Below the pieces are notes generated by a model. That model was not told the DNA's origin. It made no database searches and saw only the letters and a program-made list of their open reading frames with translations. From Parasynechococcus marenigrum WH 8102 (lineage in GTDB: Bacteria; Cyanobacteriota; Cyanobacteriia; PCC-6307; Cyanobiaceae): a DNA stretch of 32,000 nucleotides. How positions within the stretch are numbered: position 1 is the first letter of the stretch; each line of letters opens with the position of its first letter. The stretch is taken from NCBI RefSeq assembly GCF_000195975.1, contig NC_005070.1, forward strand, positions 1,320,001 through 1,352,000, written 5' to 3'. A program made the translations under genes and the position numbers. This document shows, one piece after another, positions 7,627 to 15,437 of the stretch.

Positions 7627-8404
7627 AGCCTGGTTCGACATTGACGACGGCGAAGCCTGGCTGGGGGGGACACCGGTCCTGCAGTCCCTGTCACTGCAGC
7701 TGCGACTGGGGGAATCCACCACGGTGCTGGGACCCAACGGGGCCGGTAAGAGCAGCCTGGTGAAGCTGATTGATCGCAGCCTGCATCCGATCGTCAAGCC
7801 GACGGCCCACCTGAAACTGTTCGGGTCATCAACGGCGAATCTCTGGGGGTTGAGGCGACGGTTGGGGGTGGTGACCAGTGAGCTGGAACAACGCATTCCC
7901 GCTGGCTGTCCTGCCCGGGAGGTGGTGCAGAGCGGCCTGTTCGGCTCCATGAGCCTCGGACGAGACCAGGTGCCAAGTACCGCTCAACGGGACCTCAGCG
8001 ACAGCCTCATCAAACAACTGGATCTGCAGTCGATCGCCGAACAACGGTTCGGGATGTTGTCGGATGGTCAGAAACGACGGCTGTTGATCGCACGGGCTCT
8101 GGTGCACGATCCGGAGGTTCTGGTGCTCGATGAGCCGAGTCGCGCCCTGGATCTGAAGGCCTGCCACCAGCTGCTCAGCACCCTGCGGCAGCTCTGCCGC
8201 CAGGGCACCACTGTGGTGCAGGTGACCCATCGCATCGACACGATTATTCCTGAGATGCAGCGGGTGCTGTTTCTATCTGGGGGCCAGATCGTGGGAGACG
8301 GCGCGCCCGACGAGATGCTTCAGGACACACCCCTGAGCACGCTGTTCGACACACCGCTGCGGGTGGTGCACGCCAATGGCTTCCGTCAGGTGCTGCCGGC
8401 CTGA
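7616..8404 (+). CDS. ABC transporter ATP-binding protein (orphan, no adjacent permease)
   Basis: Walker A GPNGAGKSS, signature LSDGQKRRLLIARAL, Walker B VLVLDEP. Start taken at M26, overlapping the NUDIX 3' end. Confidence 0.8.
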   Translation: MTPEAWFDIDDGEAWLGGTPVLQSLSLQLRLGESTTVLGPNGAGKSSLVKLIDRSLHPIVKPTAHLKLFGSSTANLWGLRRRLGVVTSELEQRIPAGCPAREVVQSGLFGSMSLGRDQVPSTAQRDLSDSLIKQLDLQSIAEQRFGMLSDGQKRRLLIARALVHDPEVLVLDEPSRALDLKACHQLLSTLRQLCRQGTTVVQVTHRIDTIIPEMQRVLFLSGGQIVGDGAPDEMLQDTPLSTLFDTPLRVVHANGFRQVLPA

Positions 8405-9111
8405 ACAGGAGAGGCCTCGAGCCACTGCTGCAGGCTGCGCAACGGCTGATCGGGCGAACTGGTGATTTCAATGATGCGCCCACTGGCGGCCGGACTCTCC
8501 AGAGCATCGAGGCAGACCCGGGCCACCAGCCGCCGGGGAATGCTGCTGTTCTGCTGCTGATCCGCTCCCGTGAACACAACCCCTTCCGCCTCAGCGCGAC
8601 CATCGTCCTCACTGAGGCCACCAGGACGGATAACGGTCCAATCCAGGCCACTTCGCTCCAGCCAGCGCTCACCCAGTCGTTTCCACACCAGGATCAAACC
8701 GAACAAATTCAGCGGGTGCAGCCAGCGACCCGCGCAGAGGGAACTCACCAGCACCACCCGTTGGAGGCCGACGGCCCGGCAGGCCTGCACCTGAGACTGC
8801 ACGCCAGCAGCGTCCACTTGCAGTGGACCAGCGAGATTGATCGAGGGCCTGGCTCCCGTGGCAATCACCAGTGCCGTGCATCCCTTCAGGGCATGCAGCA
8901 GCGCCTCACCAGAGTTGAGATCGAGTCGTTGCACGTCGAGACGTTGATCACGCTCAGCCGCTGCCAGTGCCGGAGGCAACGTGGACTCCGGCCGCATGAT
9001 GGCCCGGACGGACATGCCCCGCTGCAGGGCTTCCTCCACCACCCGCCATCCGGTTTTGCCGGAGGCACCGGACACCGCCACTCGCTGCATCAGCCTTTTG
9101 TCAGAGGTCAC
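8386..9111 (-). CDS. NAD(P)H-binding atypical SDR (NmrA/ycf39-like)
   Basis: N-terminal Rossmann motif VAVSGASGKTGWRVV. 241 aa. Overlaps the 3' end of the upstream permease gene by 11 nt. Confidence 0.7.
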   Translation of the reverse strand: MTSDKRLMQRVAVSGASGKTGWRVVEEALQRGMSVRAIMRPESTLPPALAAAERDQRLDVQRLDLNSGEALLHALKGCTALVIATGARPSINLAGPLQVDAAGVQSQVQACRAVGLQRVVLVSSLCAGRWLHPLNLFGLILVWKRLGERWLERSGLDWTVIRPGGLSEDDGRAEAEGVVFTGADQQQNSSIPRRLVARVCLDALESPAASGRIIEITSSPDQPLRSLQQWLEASPVQAGST

Positions 9112-9949
9112 CAGTCAACTGCCCCTGGGACCGCCTCAACACGCCATGGCGCGGTGCAAACAGGAAGGCCAGCAGAAACTGCGCTGTTTGAACCAAGACG
9201 ATGCAACCGGCGGTGGAGCTGTCGGTCCAGTAGCTGACGAACACACCGAAGACACTCGACAGAACGCTGCTGATCACCGCCAGAACCGTCATGCGATCAA
9301 AGCGATCGGTGAGCAGATAGGCCGTGGCGCCAGGTGTCACCAGCATCGCCACCACCAGAATGATGCCCACCGTCTGCAGGCCAACCACCGCCGCCAGGGA
9401 GAGCAGGCCAAGCAACATGTAATGCAGAACACCCGTGTTGATCCCGATCGAGCGGGCGTGGGTGGGGTCGAAGCAGAACAGCATCAGATCCCGCCGGAAC
9501 AGCAACAGCAGCAGCAGCACAAGCGCTGAAATCAGCAGCGTCTGCTGAATGTCTCCGGCTGTGATGCCGAGGACGTTGCCGAACAGAATGTGGGTGAGGT
9601 CAATGTTGCTGCGGGTCTTGGACACCAGCACCAGACCGAGAGCAAAAAACCCCGTGAACACCAGACCGATCACGGTGTCTTCCTTGACCCGGGACTTCTG
9701 CTTCACAAAGCCGATCGCCGCCACCGAACCCACCCCGAACACAAACGCCCCAAGCGAAAAGGGCAGACCCAGGGCGTAGGCCACCACCACTCCGGGCAAC
9801 ACCGCATGGGACACAGCATCCCCCATCAGCGCCCAACCCTTCAGGGTCATGTAGCAGGACAGCAATCCGCAGACGCCCCCCACCAGAGCACTGACCAACA
9901 GCGCTCTCACCATGAAGGCATGACTGAGGGGCTCCAACAGCCAATCCAT
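9101..9949 (-). CDS. mntB: Metal (Mn/Zn-type) ABC transporter permease, ABC-3 family
   Basis: Polytopic membrane protein. The MDWLLEPLSHAFMVRALL N-terminus is typical of MntB/ZnuB-type permeases, so the start is taken at M13 of the track ORF. Confidence 0.8.
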   Translation of the reverse strand: MDWLLEPLSHAFMVRALLVSALVGGVCGLLSCYMTLKGWALMGDAVSHAVLPGVVVAYALGLPFSLGAFVFGVGSVAAIGFVKQKSRVKEDTVIGLVFTGFFALGLVLVSKTRSNIDLTHILFGNVLGITAGDIQQTLLISALVLLLLLLFRRDLMLFCFDPTHARSIGINTGVLHYMLLGLLSLAAVVGLQTVGIILVVAMLVTPGATAYLLTDRFDRMTVLAVISSVLSSVFGVFVSYWTDSSTAGCIVLVQTAQFLLAFLFAPRHGVLRRSQGQLTGDL

Positions 9950-10045
9950 GCAGGGCAAGACAGGGTGGTGTTCATCCTCAACCATGAAAGCGACGGTTGA
10001 GCCTTCGCGGAGAGCGATCAGGATGGGGGCCCAGGCTTCGGCCCG

Positions 10046-11377
10046 ATGCCCCGCGCCTCCACCCTGATCGCCAGGCCGGCCTTGCGCCGGTTGCCGACAC
10101 GGCCGAGCCGGCTTGTGCAGGGGCTAATTCGACGGGTGCTTCCCCGGCTGTTCCGGCTGCAGGGCCTTGAATTGCGCAGCGGCAACGCCGCCCAGGGTCT
10201 GGCGGAGGCGTTCGCTGCTCAACAGGCGGGAGAGAGCACGCTTCTGATCGCGTTCCGCCATCCCAGCACCCGGGATCCGTTGGTGCTGGCGGATCTGTTC
10301 TGGAATCGCATTCCCGCTGAGGCGCCCGCCTTGCTCCAGCCCCTGCCACGGCCGGTGGAGCTGCGCTTCCTCTACGACCGCGGCATACCGATCTGGGCCG
10401 GCCCAGTGATCGGATGGCTGTTGCAGCGCTGCGGCGGCATCGCCATTCACCGCGGCCGACTCGACCGTCCAGCCCTTGCCCAGGCCCGTGCCGCGTTGGT
10501 GCAGGGCCGCCATGCCCTGGTGGTCGCACCGGAAGGCGCCACCAACAATCTCTCCGGAGAAATGGCGCCGTTGGAGCCGGGTGTGGCGCAGCTGGCCTTC
10601 TGGGCCGCCGATGATCTCGCCAAAACCAACGACAGTCGGGAGCTGCAGTTGCTGCCGCTTGGCATCCGCTACAGCTGGCGCCAGCAGCGCTGGGACGCTC
10701 TCGATCAACGACTCAATGATCTGGAGACCCATCTCGGCATTGAGCCTTTGGAGGAGCCAGCTGAGGATCCGATCAGCCCGCGCCGAGACCGATTGCTGCG
10801 CATCGGTGCCCACCTGATGACGGCCCTTGAGCAACTGGAGCGCCTTAATCCCCCGGAGGGTCAAAGCCTGACGGAACGAATCGAGGCGTACCGGCTGCAT
10901 GGTCTGGCCACAGCGGAGGCGCACTTTCAGCTGAAGGCCGGCGGCACCCTGCAGGAGCGCTGCCGACGCATCGAACAGGCGGCGTGGGATCGCATTTACC
11001 GGGAAGGACTGGACCAGCTGCCGCCCCTCGAACGGGGCCTGGCGGACTGGGAAGCCCAGGAAGCCGATCTGCAGCTCAGCCGCATGCGGCTGGTGGAGCA
11101 CTTCACCAGCGTCAGTGGTCATTACGTCAGTGATGCACCGGACTTCGACCGTTTGGCGGAGATGCTGCTGCTGGTGGAGGAGGCAATCGGTTGGATCGAA
11201 TCCAAACCCTGGCCAGCACGGCCTTCTCTGGGACCGCAACGGGTGGAGCTGAGCCTCGGTGATCCCCTGCCAGTGCACACCCGTCTCCAGGATTACCGGC
11301 ACAACAGACGTCGTGCCGTCCAGCACCTCACCCAGGCATTGGAAGACGAGCTCAGCTCACTGATCTCTCCAGCCTGA
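10046..11377 (+). CDS. PlsC-type (lyso)phospholipid acyltransferase with long C-terminal helical extension
   Basis: HX4D motif in AFRHPSTRDP and a PEG block in VVAPEGATNN. 443 aa. Confidence 0.7.
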   Translation: MPRASTLIARPALRRLPTRPSRLVQGLIRRVLPRLFRLQGLELRSGNAAQGLAEAFAAQQAGESTLLIAFRHPSTRDPLVLADLFWNRIPAEAPALLQPLPRPVELRFLYDRGIPIWAGPVIGWLLQRCGGIAIHRGRLDRPALAQARAALVQGRHALVVAPEGATNNLSGEMAPLEPGVAQLAFWAADDLAKTNDSRELQLLPLGIRYSWRQQRWDALDQRLNDLETHLGIEPLEEPAEDPISPRRDRLLRIGAHLMTALEQLERLNPPEGQSLTERIEAYRLHGLATAEAHFQLKAGGTLQERCRRIEQAAWDRIYREGLDQLPPLERGLADWEAQEADLQLSRMRLVEHFTSVSGHYVSDAPDFDRLAEMLLLVEEAIGWIESKPWPARPSLGPQRVELSLGDPLPVHTRLQDYRHNRRRAVQHLTQALEDELSSLISPA

Positions 11378-11498
11378 ATCCATTGGCCAGGGCAGGGCTT
11401 TCGTGATCAGGTTTCTGGTCTGCCTGTCAGCAGGAGCGAATGAAACGGTTCATTTGGCCACACTTTCGCGAGGATCAAATGTCAATTTGATCGTTCCC

Positions 11499-11744
11499 AT
11501 GTCGCGTGCCACCCGTCTGATCAACCGTCTGGACAAGGTGCTGGCCCGGCATGACAGCTTCGGCGACGATCCGGCGGCCTTCGTGGACAGCGTGTTCGCC
11601 GAAATCGAAGAGCAGCTGGAACTGGTGAAGGCCAAGTCGAAGCCCGAACACTGGGCTGAGATCTATGTGGAGCGGGATCGCGCCCGGATCAAGGAGCAGG
11701 TGCTCAACCGCGTGATGGCGCGCGGCGCCGAGTCGATCGATTAA
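11499..11744 (+). CDS. Hypothetical protein (81 aa)
   Basis: Internal ATG (M33) of track ORF 11403-11744. Helical, charged sequence. Converges on and overlaps the mntA 3' end by 4 nt. Confidence 0.5.
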   Translation: MSRATRLINRLDKVLARHDSFGDDPAAFVDSVFAEIEEQLELVKAKSKPEHWAEIYVERDRARIKEQVLNRVMARGAESID

Positions 11745-12496
11745 TGGGAATCGTCGCTGGAGCTGTTGCCGGTCAACAGATCCGGCGGCAACCCGCCGAA
11801 CGTCATGGCGAGATTCTCTGGGGTGAACACCTCGGAGGTTTCGCCGTAGGCCAGAACGGTTTTGTTGATCAACACCACGAGATCGCAGAACTCGCGCACA
11901 TGACTCAGGTCATGGGTAGAGATCAGGATCGTGCGGCCGTCCTCACGGAACTGAATGAACAGCTCCGCCATCAACTTTTCAGTGCGCACGTCAACGCCGT
12001 TGAAGGGTTCATCCAGCAGGAGCACATCGGCACGCTGCGCGATCGCCCGAGCCAGAAAAGTGCGTTTGCGCTGTCCACCGGAGAGGGCTCCGATCGGCCT
12101 TGAGCGAAGGTCAAACAGATCCACCCGCTTCAGGGCATCGCGCACAGCCACCCGATCGGAACTGCGGGGAATGCGCAGCAGATTCATGGCGCCGTAGCGC
12201 CCCATCATCACCACATCCCAGACGGAGACAGGGAACTGACTGTCGATCCCCTCGCTCTGGGGCACATAGGCCACCGACTGCTGCCGCTGGGCCTCAGCGA
12301 CTGGGGCACCATTGATACGGATGCGCCCACGGGATGGACGGACAAAGCCGGTGAGAGCTTTGAACAAGGTGGACTTGCCGGCACCGTTCATCCCCACCAG
12401 GCCGCAGATGCAACCAGCGGGCAGGTGCAGGCTGGCGTCATACAGCGCCACGGTGCCGTTGTAGTCAACGCAGAGCTGATCTGCCTCGATCCGCAT
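11741..12496 (-). CDS. mntA: Metal ABC transporter ATP-binding protein
   Basis: Walker A GMNGAGKSTL, signature LSGGQRKRTFLARAI, Walker B VLLLDEP. Its start overlaps the stop of the upstream binding-protein gene by 1 nt. Confidence 0.85.
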   Translation of the reverse strand: MRIEADQLCVDYNGTVALYDASLHLPAGCICGLVGMNGAGKSTLFKALTGFVRPSRGRIRINGAPVAEAQRQQSVAYVPQSEGIDSQFPVSVWDVVMMGRYGAMNLLRIPRSSDRVAVRDALKRVDLFDLRSRPIGALSGGQRKRTFLARAIAQRADVLLLDEPFNGVDVRTEKLMAELFIQFREDGRTILISTHDLSHVREFCDLVVLINKTVLAYGETSEVFTPENLAMTFGGLPPDLLTGNSSSDDSH

Positions 12497-13431
12497 CAGC
12501 GCTGCACCTCCAGAAGTCCTGTCCCGATCAGGTCCACATTGTGACGCTGGAGCTCCAGCAAGGAGGCGGCCGGTCCATCCGCCTCCGAGAGGGAATCAAC
12601 GTAAAAGCTGCCCCCGAAGCGGGCCCCAGCGGCAGCGGCCACCTCGCGCTGCGCCTTGTCGGAGACCGTGCTTTCGCAATAAATCGTGGGAATGTCACGC
12701 TCCCGAACGGTCGCGATCAGGCGGGCCATCCGTTTCGGCGTGACCTGACTCTCCGCATTCACCGGCCAGAGGTAGGCCTCCTCGAAGCCATAGTCCTGCG
12801 CCAGGTAGGAGAAGGCCCCTTCACAGGTCACCAACAGCCGACGCTCTGGCGGAATGGTTTGAAGGGCGTCGCGCAGATCACGGTCCAACTGCTGAAGCTC
12901 AGCCTTGTAGACGGCGGCATTGGCCGCGAACTGTTCAGCGCCAGCTGGATCGAGGTCTGAAAAAGCATCCACCAACCGATCCACGTAGTGCATCGTCCGC
13001 TGCGGCGACATCCAGGCGTGGGGATTGGGCTTACCGGCGTAGGCATCCTCTGTGATCAACAGAGGTTGCATCCCTTCCGCAAGGGTGAGGGTCGGCACGT
13101 CACCAGCGGCGGCCGTGAATCGACGGAACCAGAGCTCCAGGCCGAGGCCGTTTTCAACAATCAGATCAGCGGAGCTGGCCCGTTCAATGTCACTGGGGGT
13201 GGGCTGATAGCCGTGGATTTCAGCTCCAGGCTTGACGATGGATCGCACCTGCAGGCGATCCCCGGCCACATTGCGTGCCAGATCGGCCAGCACGGTGAAG
13301 CTGGTGAGAACCGTTGGTCTGGCATCAAAGGTTTGCTGCTCTGGATCGCGACTGCTGCAGCCGGCCAATGCGACCAAGGCCAGCAGCAACAGGCTGAACC
13401 AATGCCGAACCGCCCCTTTCAACGACGCCAT
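12496..13431 (-). CDS. mntC: Metal ABC transporter substrate-binding lipoprotein (TroA/PsaA/MntC cluster 9)
   Basis: Lipobox LVALAGCSS and metal-ligand regions IHGYQPTPSD and PHAWMSP. The His-rich loop of ZnuA is absent, which favours Mn by inference. Confidence 0.85.
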   Translation of the reverse strand: MASLKGAVRHWFSLLLLALVALAGCSSRDPEQQTFDARPTVLTSFTVLADLARNVAGDRLQVRSIVKPGAEIHGYQPTPSDIERASSADLIVENGLGLELWFRRFTAAAGDVPTLTLAEGMQPLLITEDAYAGKPNPHAWMSPQRTMHYVDRLVDAFSDLDPAGAEQFAANAAVYKAELQQLDRDLRDALQTIPPERRLLVTCEGAFSYLAQDYGFEEAYLWPVNAESQVTPKRMARLIATVRERDIPTIYCESTVSDKAQREVAAAAGARFGGSFYVDSLSEADGPAASLLELQRHNVDLIGTGLLEVQR

Positions 13432-13496
13432 AGCTGCAGGGACGTCAACGCCTGTGCACTGCAGGCATCATTGCCTGTGGAGAGCCGGTGACGTCG

Positions 13497-14150
13497 ATGC
13501 GCAAGAAGGAACGGGCGCAGGTAGTGCTGGAACGGCTGAACGATCAGTATCCAGAGACGCCGGTCCCTCTGGATCACAGCGATTCATTCACGCTGCTGAT
13601 CGCAGTGCTGCTCAGCGCCCAGTGCACGGATAAAAAAGTGAACGAGGTGACCCCGGCTCTGTTTGCGGCTGGGCCTGAGCCTGCGGCCATGGCACAATTG
13701 GAGGAACAGGAGATCCTGGAGCACATCCGTCAGCTGGGGCTGGCGAAGACCAAAGCCAAAAATGTCCGACGGCTCGCGCAGTTGCTGCTGGAGCGTCACG
13801 ACGGCGAGGTCCCCCAGAGTTTCGAGGCGCTGGAGGCACTGCCGGGCGTCGGCCACAAAACCGCCAGTGTGGTGATGTCCCAGGCCTTTGGCGTACCGGC
13901 CTTTCCGGTGGACACCCATATTCATCGCCTGGCCCAGCGCTGGGGACTGAGCAACGGCGACAACGTGCAGCGAACGGAGCGAGACCTCAAGGATCTGTTC
14001 CCGCGGGAGGCCTGGAATCGACTGCACCTGCAGATCATTTTCTACGGGCGGGAGTTCTGCACCGCCCGTGGTTGCGACGGTCGGATATGCCCGATGTGCC
14101 GGGAGTTGTATCCAAACCGCCGCAAACCGGTGATCACACGCAAAGCGTGA
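13497..14150 (+). CDS. nth: Endonuclease III (DNA glycosylase/AP lyase)
   Basis: HhH-GPD features LPGVGHKTASVVM and VDTHIHRLAQRWGL, plus a C-terminal Cys cluster. Alternative GTG start at 13488. Confidence 0.85.
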   Translation: MRKKERAQVVLERLNDQYPETPVPLDHSDSFTLLIAVLLSAQCTDKKVNEVTPALFAAGPEPAAMAQLEEQEILEHIRQLGLAKTKAKNVRRLAQLLLERHDGEVPQSFEALEALPGVGHKTASVVMSQAFGVPAFPVDTHIHRLAQRWGLSNGDNVQRTERDLKDLFPREAWNRLHLQIIFYGREFCTARGCDGRICPMCRELYPNRRKPVITRKA

Positions 14151-14153
14151 TCG

Positions 14154-14435
14154 TCAGAGGTCGTCCTCGGCGTTGGCCTTAATGCTGCAGTCGCTGGTGG
14201 GATAGCTGACGCAGAGCAGGGCAAATCCCTGGCCGATCTGATCGTCGTCCAGGAAGCTCTGGTCGGTCTGGTCAACAGAACCACTCAGGACCTTGCCGGC
14301 ACAGGTGGAGCAGGCTCCAGCTCGGCAGGAGTAGGGCAGATCCACACCGGCTTCTTCAGCGGCGTCGAGGATGTACACGTCATCGGCGCACTCAAAGGTG
14401 GAACCACCTTCGATGCTGATCTTGTAGGAGGCCAT
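14154..14435 (-). CDS. petF: Plant-type [2Fe-2S] ferredoxin
   Basis: [32 protein letters not shown]. Start taken at M20 of the track ORF (93 aa). Confidence 0.9.
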   Translation of the reverse strand: MASYKISIEGGSTFECADDVYILDAAEEAGVDLPYSCRAGACSTCAGKVLSGSVDQTDQSFLDDDQIGQGFALLCVSYPTSDCSIKANAEDDL

Positions 14436-14516
14436 TCGGAGAAAACGGACTGCCCTTTTGTTAGCCGCAGCGGTCACAACGTGCCGTGCCAATCAAGACA
14501 ACGTCTGGGTCCCAAC

Positions 14517-15128
14517 TCAGACGTCGTCTGAAGCAACAGATCCCAACAGAGCCAGAACCTGGTCAAGCCCCTTGGACTGATCGCGGATCACAACACTGGC
14601 GTTCTGTTTGAGGGGTTCGATGAAATGCCGTTCCCCAGGCAGCATCTCTCGAAACATCTGACGGATCACATAGCGGGGGGAACGATGGCGATCGCGGACG
14701 TCCCGCCGCAAACGACGCCACAGTCGCCGGGGCACGGACTCCTCCAGGTAAATCACCAAAAAGAAAGGGAAATCGCTCACCAGGTGCTGAGGTCCGTAGG
14801 CACCTTCCAGAAGGATCACGTCGTAGGGAGTTGTGATCGACCGACGCTGAACGCGGCGGGTGCGCATGTCGTACGTGCGCAAGGTCTGGGCCTGCCCCTG
14901 ACGTGCCGCTGAAAGATCAACGCGCAGGGCCTGATCATCGATGGCATCGGCGGTGTCGAAGCCGAACAGCGGATGGGGACTCCAATCCTGGCGGTAGTAG
15001 TCGTCGCAGGCGATCTGCAGAGGCTGACGACCGCGGGCCTGCAGGGCTTGCGAAAGGGACGCCGCAAAGGTGGTTTTGCCGGCCGCGGAAGGCCCACAGA
15101 TGCAAAGAACAGGCCATAGCGGGGTCAT
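14517..15128 (-). CDS. Uridine kinase / PRK-family P-loop kinase-like protein
   Basis: P-loop ICGPSAAGKTTFA, then CDDYY, FDTADAID and VILLEGAY blocks as in Udk-family kinases. Alternative start at 15170. Confidence 0.65.
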   Translation of the reverse strand: MTPLWPVLCICGPSAAGKTTFAASLSQALQARGRQPLQIACDDYYRQDWSPHPLFGFDTADAIDDQALRVDLSAARQGQAQTLRTYDMRTRRVQRRSITTPYDVILLEGAYGPQHLVSDFPFFLVIYLEESVPRRLWRRLRRDVRDRHRSPRYVIRQMFREMLPGERHFIEPLKQNASVVIRDQSKGLDQVLALLGSVASDDV

Positions 15129-15186
15129 GCTCTCGTACCAATACTTGCAAATACAGTAGGTAGGCCCCAAACCGCTTGCGTTGCAA

Positions 15187-15196
15187 TGGGTCTGAC
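15187..15196. repeat. Left copy of the 10-bp inverted repeat TGGGTCTGAC at the island edge
   Basis: Exact reverse complement of 24776-24785. Confidence 0.4.
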
Positions 15197-15296
15197 GGGG
15201 TGACAGGGTTGGCGTGTTCTACAAAACGAACGCGTAAAATTGGATAAAGCTGAGTTCAACAGACGCGACATAGAAGGTGCACGGCACACCGATGCA

Positions 15297-15437
15297 ATGC
15301 ACATTCGTATGCCTCGACGACTGGTGGTGTTCATCAAGACGCTGGCGTTGGTTGAAGGGTCTGATGCTTCCAAGATCGCCCGTCGCTTTCTGACCATCTC
15401 AGCCGTTCAGGAGGGTTATGACCCTGATGGCGTCTGA
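15297..15437 (+). CDS. Small ribbon-helix-helix (CopG/Arc-like) DNA-binding protein
   Basis: MHIRMPRRLVVFIKTLALVEGSDASKIARRFL fits a beta-strand/helix/helix RHH pattern. The track ORF begins at TTG 15240, but a TAAAAT -10-like hexamer at 15235-15240 favours the ATG at 15297. The 3' end overlaps the next gene by 20 nt. Confidence 0.5.
   Translation: MHIRMPRRLVVFIKTLALVEGSDASKIARRFLTISAVQEGYDPDGV

Noticed and set aside
9978-10529. 183-aa Arg/Pro/Gly-rich minus-strand ORF
   Set aside because: Low-complexity shadow ORF opposite the acyltransferase 5' region, with no plausible start context.
10124-11326. 400-aa minus-strand ORF antisense to the acyltransferase gene
   Set aside because: Long antisense ORFs are expected in GC-rich coding DNA. 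The product is Gln/Arg/Ala/Gly-rich with no motifs, whereas the plus-strand product has clear HX4D and PEG acyltransferase blocks.
15183-15189. The 7-mer TGCAATG shared in direct orientation by the left flank (15182-15188) and by 24624-24630, as a possible tyrosine-recombinase core
   Set aside because: Several 7-mer matches are expected by chance between two 200-bp windows. The surrounding similarity is only 14/21.
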